Of a DNA stretch of 64,000 nucleotides, positions 1-13,259 are shown one piece after another. Origin of the DNA: TPA_inf: Saccharomyces (Eukaryota). The position numbers and the translations under genes are program-made. The DNA is taken from contig BK006938.2 in NCBI GenBank assembly GCA_000146045.2, positions 1,120,001 through 1,184,000 of the forward strand, given 5' to 3'. Position 1 is the stretch's first letter. The number at the start of each line of letters is the position of its first letter. The notes under the pieces were generated by a model. That model did no database searches, was not told where the DNA came from, and saw only the letters and a list, made by a program, of their open reading frames with translations.

Positions 1-233
1 CAACTGTTAATATTTCGGCAGTTGACAATACAACAGAGCAAAGTAACTCAAGGAAAAGAACGAGATCAGAAGCGGAGCAAATTGACACATCCAAAAACCT
101 GGAAAACATGAGTATTCAAGACACGTCAACTGTAGCAAAAAATGTAAGTTTTGTTTTACCTGACGAGAAATCAGATGCAATGTCCATAGATGAAGAAGAT
201 AAGGATTCAGAGTCTTTCAGCGAGGTCTGTTAA
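1..233 (+). CDS. YCG1: 3' end of the condensin subunit Ycg1. Partial CDS in frame 3 (codons begin at position 3) with the stop codon TAA at 231-233. The C-terminus is ...DEEDKDSESFSEVC*.
   Basis: Open frame runs from the window edge to TAA at 231. Acidic C-terminal tail. Sits immediately upstream of YSP2 (YDR326C) in systematic order. Confidence 0.6.
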   Translation, partial: TVNISAVDNTTEQSNSRKRTRSEAEQIDTSKNLENMSIQDTSTVAKNVSFVLPDEKSDAMSIDEEDKDSESFSEVC

Positions 234-608
234 AATTGATATGCGAGCTCTTCATCTATTTAAGTTGATTTTTTGGTTGTAAACATATTTGTATTTTATT
301 CTTAGGTTTGTTAATTCTTCTACGCTTACCAGATATAGATGCTATATGTTATTGCATTACGCACATTACCCGGTGGGACAAATTATGGAAATATTCCAAG
401 GCTATAAATTCTTTGGTGAAAGGAACTGAAATTATGTCCAGTAATGCACCAGAAATGGACATATAAAACTATTAATGCATTTTATTACAATTATCCTAAG
501 AAAATATCCTATATATAATTAAAGTAAAAGAAATAAGATCAAAAGAACAAAATAAAGTCGAGTAGAATTTTCCTACTTGACTATATTAGAACGAAAAATG
601 TTATTTTA

Positions 609-4928
<4,320 letters not shown>

Positions 4929-5433
4929 TTAGGGATATCTGTACAGCTGCTGCTTCTATATATTTATATGTGATTAGCAATCAATATACCCTATTTTAGA
5001 TGAATAATTTAAAGCAAAGGGTTAAGCTGGTGTTGAAATGCTCGAAGAAAATAAACTTGACTTAAAATTTAGACCAAATATTTCACAAATATGATTCAAA
5101 ACGGAGTGTTTACAGCTATCTGTCCTAAATTTATCCCGTCTCATCATGTAAACAATAGCTTTTATAACTCAATAATTTTCCTTTTTTCTTCTTGTCACTT
5201 TTGCGGCTTTTAGAAGACGCCTATCGCTACACACGACGATGGACCACACATCTTATTGTAGTTTGAAGTTTATGTAAACTGTATACATATATAATTCATA
5301 CATGCTTGGTTATGGTGGACTAACGTACACATTGCATGACAGCAAGCCTTGTTTGCTTATTTTTGCCTATCTTGCTCTGAAATGGCGCATTATCATCGGA
5401 AGAAAGGATCACAGTCATCAGAGGAAATGTAGG

Positions 5434-6018
5434 CTAACGGTCTTCAGCCCATTCATTTTCACGCCTAATGGCAGCCTCCTCCTCTGGAGTGAAGTCGTTG
5501 ACGATATTAAACGTTCTTCTAATTTCCTCGGGAGACCTTCCCCTGATCATTTCAGCAACCACCTTGCAGCCAGCGTCAAGCAAGGGCTTGATGTTGAGGT
5601 AGTTTGCCGCCAGAATAATTTCGTATAGCATCTCTTGGTCCACTTTCAGGAATTCTCTGTCCCATGAGTCCACGGGAGCACTCTTTCTGGAATCGTCGTC
5701 ATCTTCGTCAGGGAAGTTAGAGTCTCTGTGGTGCTCGGCCCATTCGATAACCTTCTGCAAAACGGAAGACCGAACATTGGGCACGGGCATCACAATCTCG
5801 TCGTCATCCTCATCGTCGTCGTCACCGTTATTGTTGTCTTTGCTTTTGTGGTTCGTTTCCGAGTCTGAATCTGATTCTGAATCTGAGTTGTTTTGTAGGT
5901 TGCTGTCATGCATATCGTTCAGATAGTTTTTCAATAGCAGGGATCTCTCCGCGATTTTCTTGTCTACGGTGAATCGTTCACCCTCACCACTCACTAGGAC
6001 AACATTAGAAGTCACCAT
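5434..6018 (-). CDS. SKP1: Skp1, a subunit of the SCF ubiquitin ligase and of the CBF3 kinetochore complex. Length 194 aa.
   Basis: [33 protein letters not shown]... with the characteristic acidic insert ([13 protein letters not shown]) and the C-terminal WAEDR. 194 aa. Confidence 0.95.
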
Positions 6019-6269
6019 ATCTGCGCTACGTTTGTTAGTATTCCTGTATTGTTTATAACGTCTTTTCTGTTATATCTTTGCCAACGTTGGGCTATCACTT
6101 TCTCTGCCCTCAATATATCAACCTATTTCTTCCCTTTCTCTTCTTTTCTCCAAGACGCCCGTTAAATCGCTGCAGGGTAATGTCATGTTACCTATTGCAC
6201 ACTTACTGTATTAAAGATTACGCTATATATATATATATTCTGGTGTGAGTGTCAGTACTTATTCAGAGA

Positions 6270-7595
6270 TTAAGGCTTGAAGGAAAACGAGCTGGAGACG
6301 CCAAAGTTGCTGTATACGCTGGCGCTCAGATCATCGAGCGGCTGCACAGAATCCAGAGTGGCCAGGTATTCGTTCACGCTGCCGCTATGGGAAGACCCGG
6401 CAGTTGTTTGAAGCATTTCTTGGCAACAGTCTTTCATCGACATAGCGAAAACTGCCATTTGATACTGTTGCTGATCTTCTTGGCCAGGTTTTTTCTTGGC
6501 TATTGTCTTTATGCCGACCTTGTTCATTATGAAATGGAATGATTCATTTATTAGAGACTCTAACACTATGGATGTTGCTGTGCTTTCGATACATTGGGTC
6601 AGTTCATTCACCAATTGATTAAAAACTAGTGTGTTAGAGTGAAAACTTGTTAAAGCATCCGCGTCAAGCGTCTGTGACAGAAGAAACTCCTGTCCACTGG
6701 AATCTTTAGGAAGCAAAATAGACGTGAGGTTATTATTATTTTGCTGGAATATTTGGGAATTCGTGTTCCGGAATATGTTCGTGAGACGAGAACTAAATTC
6801 TTCTAACGTTAGAGTATCTCTTGGGTGTATGCCGTCAAATTCAATTTCGATTTGATTTGTAATTATTTCATTGTAACTCAACCACCCCTTGTTAAGAATC
6901 CACCATGATAGTGATAGGAAAGCTTGCTCATTAATATACACTTCCTGGCCTTCTTTCTTTGACTTTTTTGCTGCCATTACCATTGCATCATCCGCTTTGT
7001 CCTCCGGATCGCTCCACCACGATGTAACCCAGTTATAGAACCTATTCTGTAGTTTGTTGCAGTTTTCCTGCTGCATGGTTAATTTTATTGCGGAGTCCAG
7101 GTACTCGTTTCTTGTCAGGATATTTAGTTGCAGTCTTGTTAAAAGAATCAGCGACGATACTGTGTACGTCACTGTCACCAGCTTGATCAAACTCTTTAGT
7201 TCTAACTCGTTCCACAACTCAGCTTTACTTTTTAACGGCGAACTTTCTCTGCTTTCACTAGACTTTGCTCTAGTCAACTGGTTCTTTTGGTCCTTTAATT
7301 GGGTAACGATGCTGTCCAAATTCAAATCGTTTTCATTCAAAACCATTCTCCATACAGGAAGTAGCTCGTATATTGTGTACAACGAGTCTTCCTGTGTCTG
7401 CTCGAACCTTCTTTTGATCTGTTCTTTGATGAAGTGTTGCTCAGTAATCCGTAACTGCTGTTTATACAACCATCTCTTCACGAAAAACACTACCACCGAC
7501 CCTGTGGTAAATAAAGCAGCTATTCCAGTCAATGAAATGAGTACCTTTCCTCGATGTCTCTGCAGAAGCGAACGTGATCTTTGATTTGGGGCCAT
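6270..7595 (-). CDS. PEX3: Pex3, a peroxisomal membrane biogenesis factor. Length 441 aa.
   Basis: The 441-aa ORF has an N-terminal TM segment (LISLTGIAALFTTGSVVVFFV). Length and position match YDR329C. Confidence 0.85.
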   Translation of the reverse strand: MAPNQRSRSLLQRHRGKVLISLTGIAALFTTGSVVVFFVKRWLYKQQLRITEQHFIKEQIKRRFEQTQEDSLYTIYELLPVWRMVLNENDLNLDSIVTQLKDQKNQLTRAKSSESRESSPLKSKAELWNELELKSLIKLVTVTYTVSSLILLTRLQLNILTRNEYLDSAIKLTMQQENCNKLQNRFYNWVTSWWSDPEDKADDAMVMAAKKSKKEGQEVYINEQAFLSLSWWILNKGWLSYNEIITNQIEIEFDGIHPRDTLTLEEFSSRLTNIFRNTNSQIFQQNNNNLTSILLPKDSSGQEFLLSQTLDADALTSFHSNTLVFNQLVNELTQCIESTATSIVLESLINESFHFIMNKVGIKTIAKKKPGQEDQQQYQMAVFAMSMKDCCQEMLQTTAGSSHSGSVNEYLATLDSVQPLDDLSASVYSNFGVSSSFSFKP

Positions 7596-7871
7596 CCTTT
7601 TAGTGGTTTGCCTCCTTGTTTCGTGCTTCTGCTTTTACGATGACTAGTATTAACTACCTCAATAATATACCCCATGCTCATATAAGTCGAATAACGCCCT
7701 TATCATTACACACGATTACCAAAATGCAAGGAATTTTTAAGGAAAAAGGGAAATATTCATACATTCACGCAAACTCTACTACTTGTTAACGACATCTTAG
7801 CTATGATCGCTCAATAGTGTCACTACAAACGCATAGACTACGACGTGTGGCAATAATAACATACCTTTTAT

Positions 7872-9374
7872 ATGTCAGAGGGAAAAGTAGACGAATTTAT
7901 GGCCATCACTGGCGCTGATGACGCTGCTATTGCCACTCAATTCATCGAAATGGCAGACGGGAACTTGAACACAGCCATATCATTGTTTTTCGAAAATGGT
8001 GGGGCTGCTTTACTGAGCAGTAACAACACACCTACTCCGTCTAATTCGACTCCTATGGCGCCCACCTCTGTAGATTCAGATGCCGATGCACAATTAGCGG
8101 AGAGGTTGCAAAGGGAAGCTTACCAACAACAACAGCCTGACCAAGATTATGTCAGGCCACCTGATGAGGCAAGACATGAAGTACTTACTGAAACTTCAGG
8201 ATTCCCAATTTCTTACGGCGGCATTGGCGGAAGATTTGAACCATTGCATAGGGTGAACGACATGTTTGACGAAGGAAGACCTGAAAGCATTTTTAATCAA
8301 CGATTGGATGACACAAATACTAATACATACATCAATGACAACTCTTCAGATTCCTTGGACTCCGAGGAAGAAAATGACGACGACGAATATGAGTATGTGG
8401 AAGAGCCGGTCATCGAACTTGATGAAGACGGCAATATCAAGGAGTACACCAAATTAGTGAGAAAGCCTAAAACCATTTCCAAGGAGCAGAAATTAGCTTT
8501 GTTATTTAGGCCTCCATTTTCAATCATGTCCAAACTCGACTTAGACGCTGCAAAGCAAAAGGCAAGGGCAAAGCAAAAATGGATAATGATTAACATTCAG
8601 GATTCAGGAATCTTCCAATGCCAAGCCCTCAACAGGGATTTGTGGTCGTCCAGACCGGTAAAAACTATAATCAAAGAGAACTTCGTTTTCCTACAGTATC
8701 AATATGAATCACGTAATGCCCAACCCTATCTTCAGTTCTATCACTTGAATAATAAGGATGATTTGCCCCATATCGCGATACTGGATCCAATTACCGGTGA
8801 ACGTGTCAAGCAATGGAATAGGGTTGTTCCCATTCCAGAGCAATTCATCTCAGAAATCAACGAGTTTTTGGCCTCATTTTCGCTAGATCCAAAGGTCCCT
8901 AATCCCACGGTTAATGAACCTCTTCCTAAAGTGGATCCAACAACTTTGACCGAAGAGCAACAAATGGAATTAGCCATTAAAGAGTCATTAAATAATAACT
9001 CGAGCAAATCAAACCAAGAAGAAGTGCCGAGTACTGGCGAAGAACAGAAACGAGTACAAGAACCGGATCCATTCAGTACCATTGAAGCCAGGGTGCATCC
9101 AGAACCGCCAAATAAACCAGGGATCACTACAAGAATTCAAATTCGTACCGGTGATGGCTCCAGACTAGTTCGTAGATTCAATGCTCTGGAAGACACTGTG
9201 CGTACTATTTACGAGGTTATCAAGACAGAAATGGATGGTTTTGCCGATTCAAGATTCACACTAAATGATCACCAAAGAGAGGACTTGATTGATAAATTAA
9301 ACATGACCATAGCGGACGCCGGCTTAAAAAATAGTTCTTTACTACTTGAGAAGCTTGACCCTGAAATAGAATAA
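7872..9374 (+). CDS. UBX5: Ubx5, a Cdc48 cofactor carrying UBA and UBX domains. Length 500 aa.
   Basis: N-terminal UBA-like region (EFMAITGADDAAIATQFIEMADGNLNTAISLFFENGG). Thioredoxin-like middle. C-terminal UBX beta-grasp region (TRIQIRTGDGSRLVRRFNALEDTVRTIYEVIK). 500 aa. Confidence 0.85.
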   Translation: MSEGKVDEFMAITGADDAAIATQFIEMADGNLNTAISLFFENGGAALLSSNNTPTPSNSTPMAPTSVDSDADAQLAERLQREAYQQQQPDQDYVRPPDEARHEVLTETSGFPISYGGIGGRFEPLHRVNDMFDEGRPESIFNQRLDDTNTNTYINDNSSDSLDSEEENDDDEYEYVEEPVIELDEDGNIKEYTKLVRKPKTISKEQKLALLFRPPFSIMSKLDLDAAKQKARAKQKWIMINIQDSGIFQCQALNRDLWSSRPVKTIIKENFVFLQYQYESRNAQPYLQFYHLNNKDDLPHIAILDPITGERVKQWNRVVPIPEQFISEINEFLASFSLDPKVPNPTVNEPLPKVDPTTLTEEQQMELAIKESLNNNSSKSNQEEVPSTGEEQKRVQEPDPFSTIEARVHPEPPNKPGITTRIQIRTGDGSRLVRRFNALEDTVRTIYEVIKTEMDGFADSRFTLNDHQREDLIDKLNMTIADAGLKNSSLLLEKLDPEIE

Positions 9375-9587
9375 ACAAATTGTATGGTGGCAGGTACCTA
9401 GATGTAATTAGGTATGTAAGCACTTATAACACGACGGAAATACCCGGATATTGTATTTTTATTTTTTTCCCATTAGCACGCCAAACATAAGAAAAAACGC
9501 ATACAAAGACGTAAAGGAATAGTTCATAGGTGTAAATACAAAATATATATCACATTTAAGCATAGCAAATTGCAAAAGCCGAACAAA

Positions 9588-10823
9588 ATGCGTATAGCGA
9601 TGCATCTGCCGCTGTTGCTTTTATACATATTCTTACTACCCCTTTCAGGTGCAAATAACACAGATGCTGCACACGAAGTTATAGCAACGAACACAAATAA
9701 TTGGGCCGTATTAGTATCCACGTCGCGGTTCTGGTTCAATTACAGGCACATGGCTAATGTCCTTAGTATGTATAGGACTGTAAAGAGGTTAGGTATACCG
9801 GATTCACAAATAATATTGATGCTGAGTGATGATGTGGCCTGCAATTCAAGGAATCTATTTCCTGGAAGTGTTTTTAACAATAAGGATCACGCTATTGACC
9901 TTTACGGAGACTCTGTAGAGGTTGACTACAGAGGTTACGAAGTTACCGTGGAAAACTTTATAAGGCTGTTAACGGATAGATGGACAGAAGACCATCCTAA
10001 ATCTAAACGGTTGTTGACGGATGAAAATTCAAATATATTCATCTATATGACAGGACATGGTGGCGATGATTTTTTAAAGTTCCAAGATGCTGAAGAGATT
10101 GCTTCTGAAGATATTGCAGATGCATTCCAGCAAATGTACGAAAAGAAAAGATACAATGAAATCTTCTTTATGATAGATACATGTCAGGCAAACACAATGT
10201 ATTCCAAGTTTTATTCTCCAAATATTCTGGCTGTAGGCTCTAGTGAAATGGATGAAAGCTCGTACTCGCATCACTCGGACGTAGAAATAGGGGTTGCTGT
10301 TATTGATAGATTCACCTATTACTGTTTGGATTTCCTAGAACAAATCGATAAAAATTCCACGTTAACTTTGCAGGACCTCTTCGATTCATTCACCTTCGAA
10401 AAGATTCACTCTCATGTGGGTGTCAGGACTGATCTGTTTGATAGGAATCCGTCAGAAGTATTGATTACTGATTTTTTTGCGAATGTGCAAAACGTAATTC
10501 CTGATGATTCAAAACCTCTTTCCGTAAGTCATTATCATCATTACAAAGATCATATCGATACTGCTCAGTATGAGCTTAACAATAATGTGCTGGATTTGGC
10601 CTTGGAGACTTACCGCAAAAACAATCAATCCTCCAAGATTGAAAAAAAAATCAAAGACATCAAGTCTACTAGTGTATTGGATGTTGATATAGATTCCAAC
10701 GAATGTTTCTTCACCTCCTTCAAACAATCAGCTACCATAATACTGGCGCTTATAGTAACTATTCTGTGGTTCATGCTGAGAGGAAACACTGCTAAAGCAA
10801 CCTATGACCTGTACACTAATTAA
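9588..10823 (+). CDS. GPI8: Gpi8, the catalytic subunit of GPI transamidase (C13 cysteine protease family). Length 411 aa.
   Basis: The track ORF begins at TTG 9570. The first in-frame ATG is at 9588 (MRIAMHLPLLLLY...), giving 411 aa. It has a signal peptide, a legumain-like catalytic region (FIYMTGHGGDDFLKFQD ... FMIDTCQANTMY) and a C-terminal TM segment. Confidence 0.9.
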   Translation: MRIAMHLPLLLLYIFLLPLSGANNTDAAHEVIATNTNNWAVLVSTSRFWFNYRHMANVLSMYRTVKRLGIPDSQIILMLSDDVACNSRNLFPGSVFNNKDHAIDLYGDSVEVDYRGYEVTVENFIRLLTDRWTEDHPKSKRLLTDENSNIFIYMTGHGGDDFLKFQDAEEIASEDIADAFQQMYEKKRYNEIFFMIDTCQANTMYSKFYSPNILAVGSSEMDESSYSHHSDVEIGVAVIDRFTYYCLDFLEQIDKNSTLTLQDLFDSFTFEKIHSHVGVRTDLFDRNPSEVLITDFFANVQNVIPDDSKPLSVSHYHHYKDHIDTAQYELNNNVLDLALETYRKNNQSSKIEKKIKDIKSTSVLDVDIDSNECFFTSFKQSATIILALIVTILWFMLRGNTAKATYDLYTN

Positions 10824-10880
10824 AACACTTTTATCCATTTTTTTTCGTATAAGCATATTTTACATCTTTATATATATTTA

Positions 10881-10894
10881 TTTTTTTTTTTTTT
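10881..10894 (+). promoter_or_regulatory. T14 tract in the 177-bp GPI8 3' end / IRC3 promoter interval.
   Basis: ATATATTTA, then T14, then ATTTTGG. This very short intergenic region must hold both the GPI8 terminator and the IRC3 promoter. Confidence 0.4.
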
Positions 10895-11000
10895 ATTTTG
10901 GTAGAATAGATTACATATACAACTTTTTCATAATGTCAAACTATAGAGTTTTATTTCACATAACGGAAGAAGCCTATTGGAGCCATGAGTATAATAAAAT

Positions 11001-13070
11001 ATGACCTCAACACTAGCCACTAGACTCTCGACATATTCTATTTCATTAATACTGCAGCGCATCAAAATTATAAAACGTTGTTACTCAGCTCCCGTACTCA
11101 GAGATTACCAACAAGATGCTATAGATGCATGTGTGAATTCTATTCGACAGGGCACCAAGAGAATTGGTGTATCATTAGCCACTGGTGGTGGTAAGACAGT
11201 GATATTCTCAAATCTTATCAATCAATTGCGCCAAAACTATTTTAAAGAACGTCAAGGAAATTTTAAATCGTTGATCCTGGTTCACAGGAGGGAGCTGGCC
11301 TTACAAGCGACGGCCACTCTTAAAAAAATATTCCCCGACTTAAAGGTTCACATAGAAATGGGAAAATATGATTGCGATATTGAAGATTCTGACGTGATTG
11401 TTGCATCTGTTCAGACGTTGATTAGAAGACTCCATAAATATGATACTAATTCAGTGAATCTCATCATCATTGATGAAGCACATCATTCTGTGGCTAATTC
11501 TTATAGAAGTATCTTAGATCATTTCAAAGCTTCAACTGCAGAAACCAAAATCCCTGTTATTGGCTTTAGTGCGACTTTCGAAAGAGCAGATAAAAGAGCT
11601 TTGTCAATGGTAATGGATAAAATTGTGTACCACCGGGGAATACTGGAAATGATCGATGACAAGTGGCTATGTGAGGCAAAATTCACGTCAGTCAAAATTG
11701 AAGCAGACTTATCAGATGTAAAAAGCACTGCAGATGACTTCCAGCTGGCACCGTTATCGTCTCTAATGAATACGAAAGAAATTAATGAAGTAATTCTGAA
11801 AACTTACCTTCATAAAAAGCAAGAGAAATCACTAAAATCAACATTACTGTTTGGCGTTGATAAAGCCCATGTACAAAGTTTGCATAAATTATTTAAAGAC
11901 AACGGTATTAATACGGACTATGTCACCTCGGATACAAAACAGATAGAACGAGATAATATAATTCAAAAATTCAAAAATGGGGAAACTGAAGTACTCATGA
12001 ACTGTGGAATATTCACAGAAGGAACGGACATGCCAAATATTGATTGTATACTACTGTGTAGGCCCACAAAATCGCGTTCACTTTTGATTCAAATGATTGG
12101 AAGAGGTTTACGGTTACACCATTCGAAAGACCACTGTCATATCATCGACTTCATTGGAGCTTCTAGTGTTGGAGTGGTTTCAGCGCCCACTCTACTGGGT
12201 ATAAGGAGTGATGATATCGAATTTGATGATGCTACAGTTGAAGATTTAAAAGCAATCCAAGGAGAGATAATAGCTAAACAACAAAAAATCGACGAAAGGT
12301 TAAGGGCTTTATTTCAGACTGATGAAGCAGCAATGGAAAATGTAACTGAAAGAAATAGCGTTGCCGATTGGATTCACAGTGCAAATTCGGTTGATTTAAC
12401 CTTGTGCTCCTTTGATAGTTTTAGGAATTTTACACAGAGCAATAACTCATATCCATCTGGCAAGGAGTTTGATGAAGCTTCTGAAGCTGTAAAAGAAATG
12501 GAGCTGTTGATGAACTCACAATATCCGTGGGTGAAATTTGCCTCAAATGCGTGGGGCCTCCCTTTAAAAGGTAAGAATCATTTGAGAATATACAAAGAAA
12601 AATCCGAAGACAAATTGTCGATGGTATATCATCTAAAAATGTATCGACAATTACCGTGTTTTATAACAAATAAATACGCGGACTATGTTCCAAAAAGTAT
12701 AATAAAAGACGCTAATCTTTGGAATGTAATGTCAAAGGTGGAAAAAATCATAAATACTCTAAATTCGGACTTGGAAGGACAAACAATGCAATACCAGGCA
12801 ATATCTAGTAAATACTCGAAATGGAGACAAACAGTTCCTACGTCAAAACAAAGAGACTTTGTTTTCAGAAAGCTAAAGAAAGTATATGGTGAGTCCTCAA
12901 AAGATTTTATTAGATTATCTTTGGATGATGTTACTACTTATGTAAATACTAAGATGACGAAAGGAGATGCTTCCAACTTAATCTTTGCCAGCAGTTTGGC
13001 ACCTGTCTACCCGTTGAAATCATTGTTACGAATATTAGAATATCAAAAAAGAAGATCTTTTATAAAGTGA
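11001..13070 (+). CDS. IRC3: Irc3, a mitochondrial DEAH-box SF2 helicase. Length 689 aa.
   Basis: Walker A motif GVSLATGGGKTVIF, DEAH motif (IIIDEAHHS) and helicase C motifs (LLCRPTKSRSLLIQMIGRGLR). 689 aa, matching YDR332W. Confidence 0.85.
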   Translation: MTSTLATRLSTYSISLILQRIKIIKRCYSAPVLRDYQQDAIDACVNSIRQGTKRIGVSLATGGGKTVIFSNLINQLRQNYFKERQGNFKSLILVHRRELALQATATLKKIFPDLKVHIEMGKYDCDIEDSDVIVASVQTLIRRLHKYDTNSVNLIIIDEAHHSVANSYRSILDHFKASTAETKIPVIGFSATFERADKRALSMVMDKIVYHRGILEMIDDKWLCEAKFTSVKIEADLSDVKSTADDFQLAPLSSLMNTKEINEVILKTYLHKKQEKSLKSTLLFGVDKAHVQSLHKLFKDNGINTDYVTSDTKQIERDNIIQKFKNGETEVLMNCGIFTEGTDMPNIDCILLCRPTKSRSLLIQMIGRGLRLHHSKDHCHIIDFIGASSVGVVSAPTLLGIRSDDIEFDDATVEDLKAIQGEIIAKQQKIDERLRALFQTDEAAMENVTERNSVADWIHSANSVDLTLCSFDSFRNFTQSNNSYPSGKEFDEASEAVKEMELLMNSQYPWVKFASNAWGLPLKGKNHLRIYKEKSEDKLSMVYHLKMYRQLPCFITNKYADYVPKSIIKDANLWNVMSKVEKIINTLNSDLEGQTMQYQAISSKYSKWRQTVPTSKQRDFVFRKLKKVYGESSKDFIRLSLDDVTTYVNTKMTKGDASNLIFASSLAPVYPLKSLLRILEYQKRRSFIK

Positions 13071-13259
13071 AATCCGTAGCTACATAAATGTGCATATATT
13101 AATATACAGTCACTAGTACATATGTAAACGTCGGACCACTCGTATATGCATTTTCTTTTGGATCACACCCTTTCTGAACTATGCAATGAATAACGTTAAA
13201 TTCAAATAAGTGCTTTAGCCTTACTCTGCGTACTAGAAAATGAGCTGCAACATTTCTTA

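Noticed and set aside
5302-7584. Antisense or overlapping ORFs inside SKP1 (5302-5628 +) and PEX3 (7054-7584 +, 6249-6542 +), and similar small ORFs nested in SWR1, MSN5, YSP2, YDR338C, ATP22 and others.
   Set aside because: Each is shorter than the well-supported gene on the opposite strand that it overlaps. All have low-complexity composition typical of the antisense frames of AT-rich yeast genes. They correspond to the kind of ORFs classified as dubious.
9570-9587. N-terminal extensions in the supplied ORF track: GPI8 at 9570, MSN5 at 21150, MRX8 at 25086, MRP1 at 49154, YPS7 at 54203, RQC1 at 15467, and also FCF1 and YDR341C.
   Set aside because: For GPI8, MSN5, MRX8, MRP1, YPS7 and RQC1 the track's first codon is TTG, not ATG, as checked in the sequence. 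For FCF1 (30562) and YDR341C (33683) I did not check the start codon directly. Instead, trimming to the first in-frame ATG reproduces the known protein lengths exactly (189 aa and 607 aa), as it does for GPI8 (411 aa), MSN5 (1224 aa) and the others. The extensions are artefacts of permissive start-codon rules.
10861-10900. Possible ARS consensus (WTTTAYRTTTW) near-matches in AT-rich intergenic tracts, for example ATTTATTTTTT at 10876 and TATTTTTATTTT at 9458.
   Set aside because: These are only 9-10 of 11 matches. Such near-matches occur by chance in every AT-rich yeast intergenic region. Without B-elements or functional data I cannot support an origin call.
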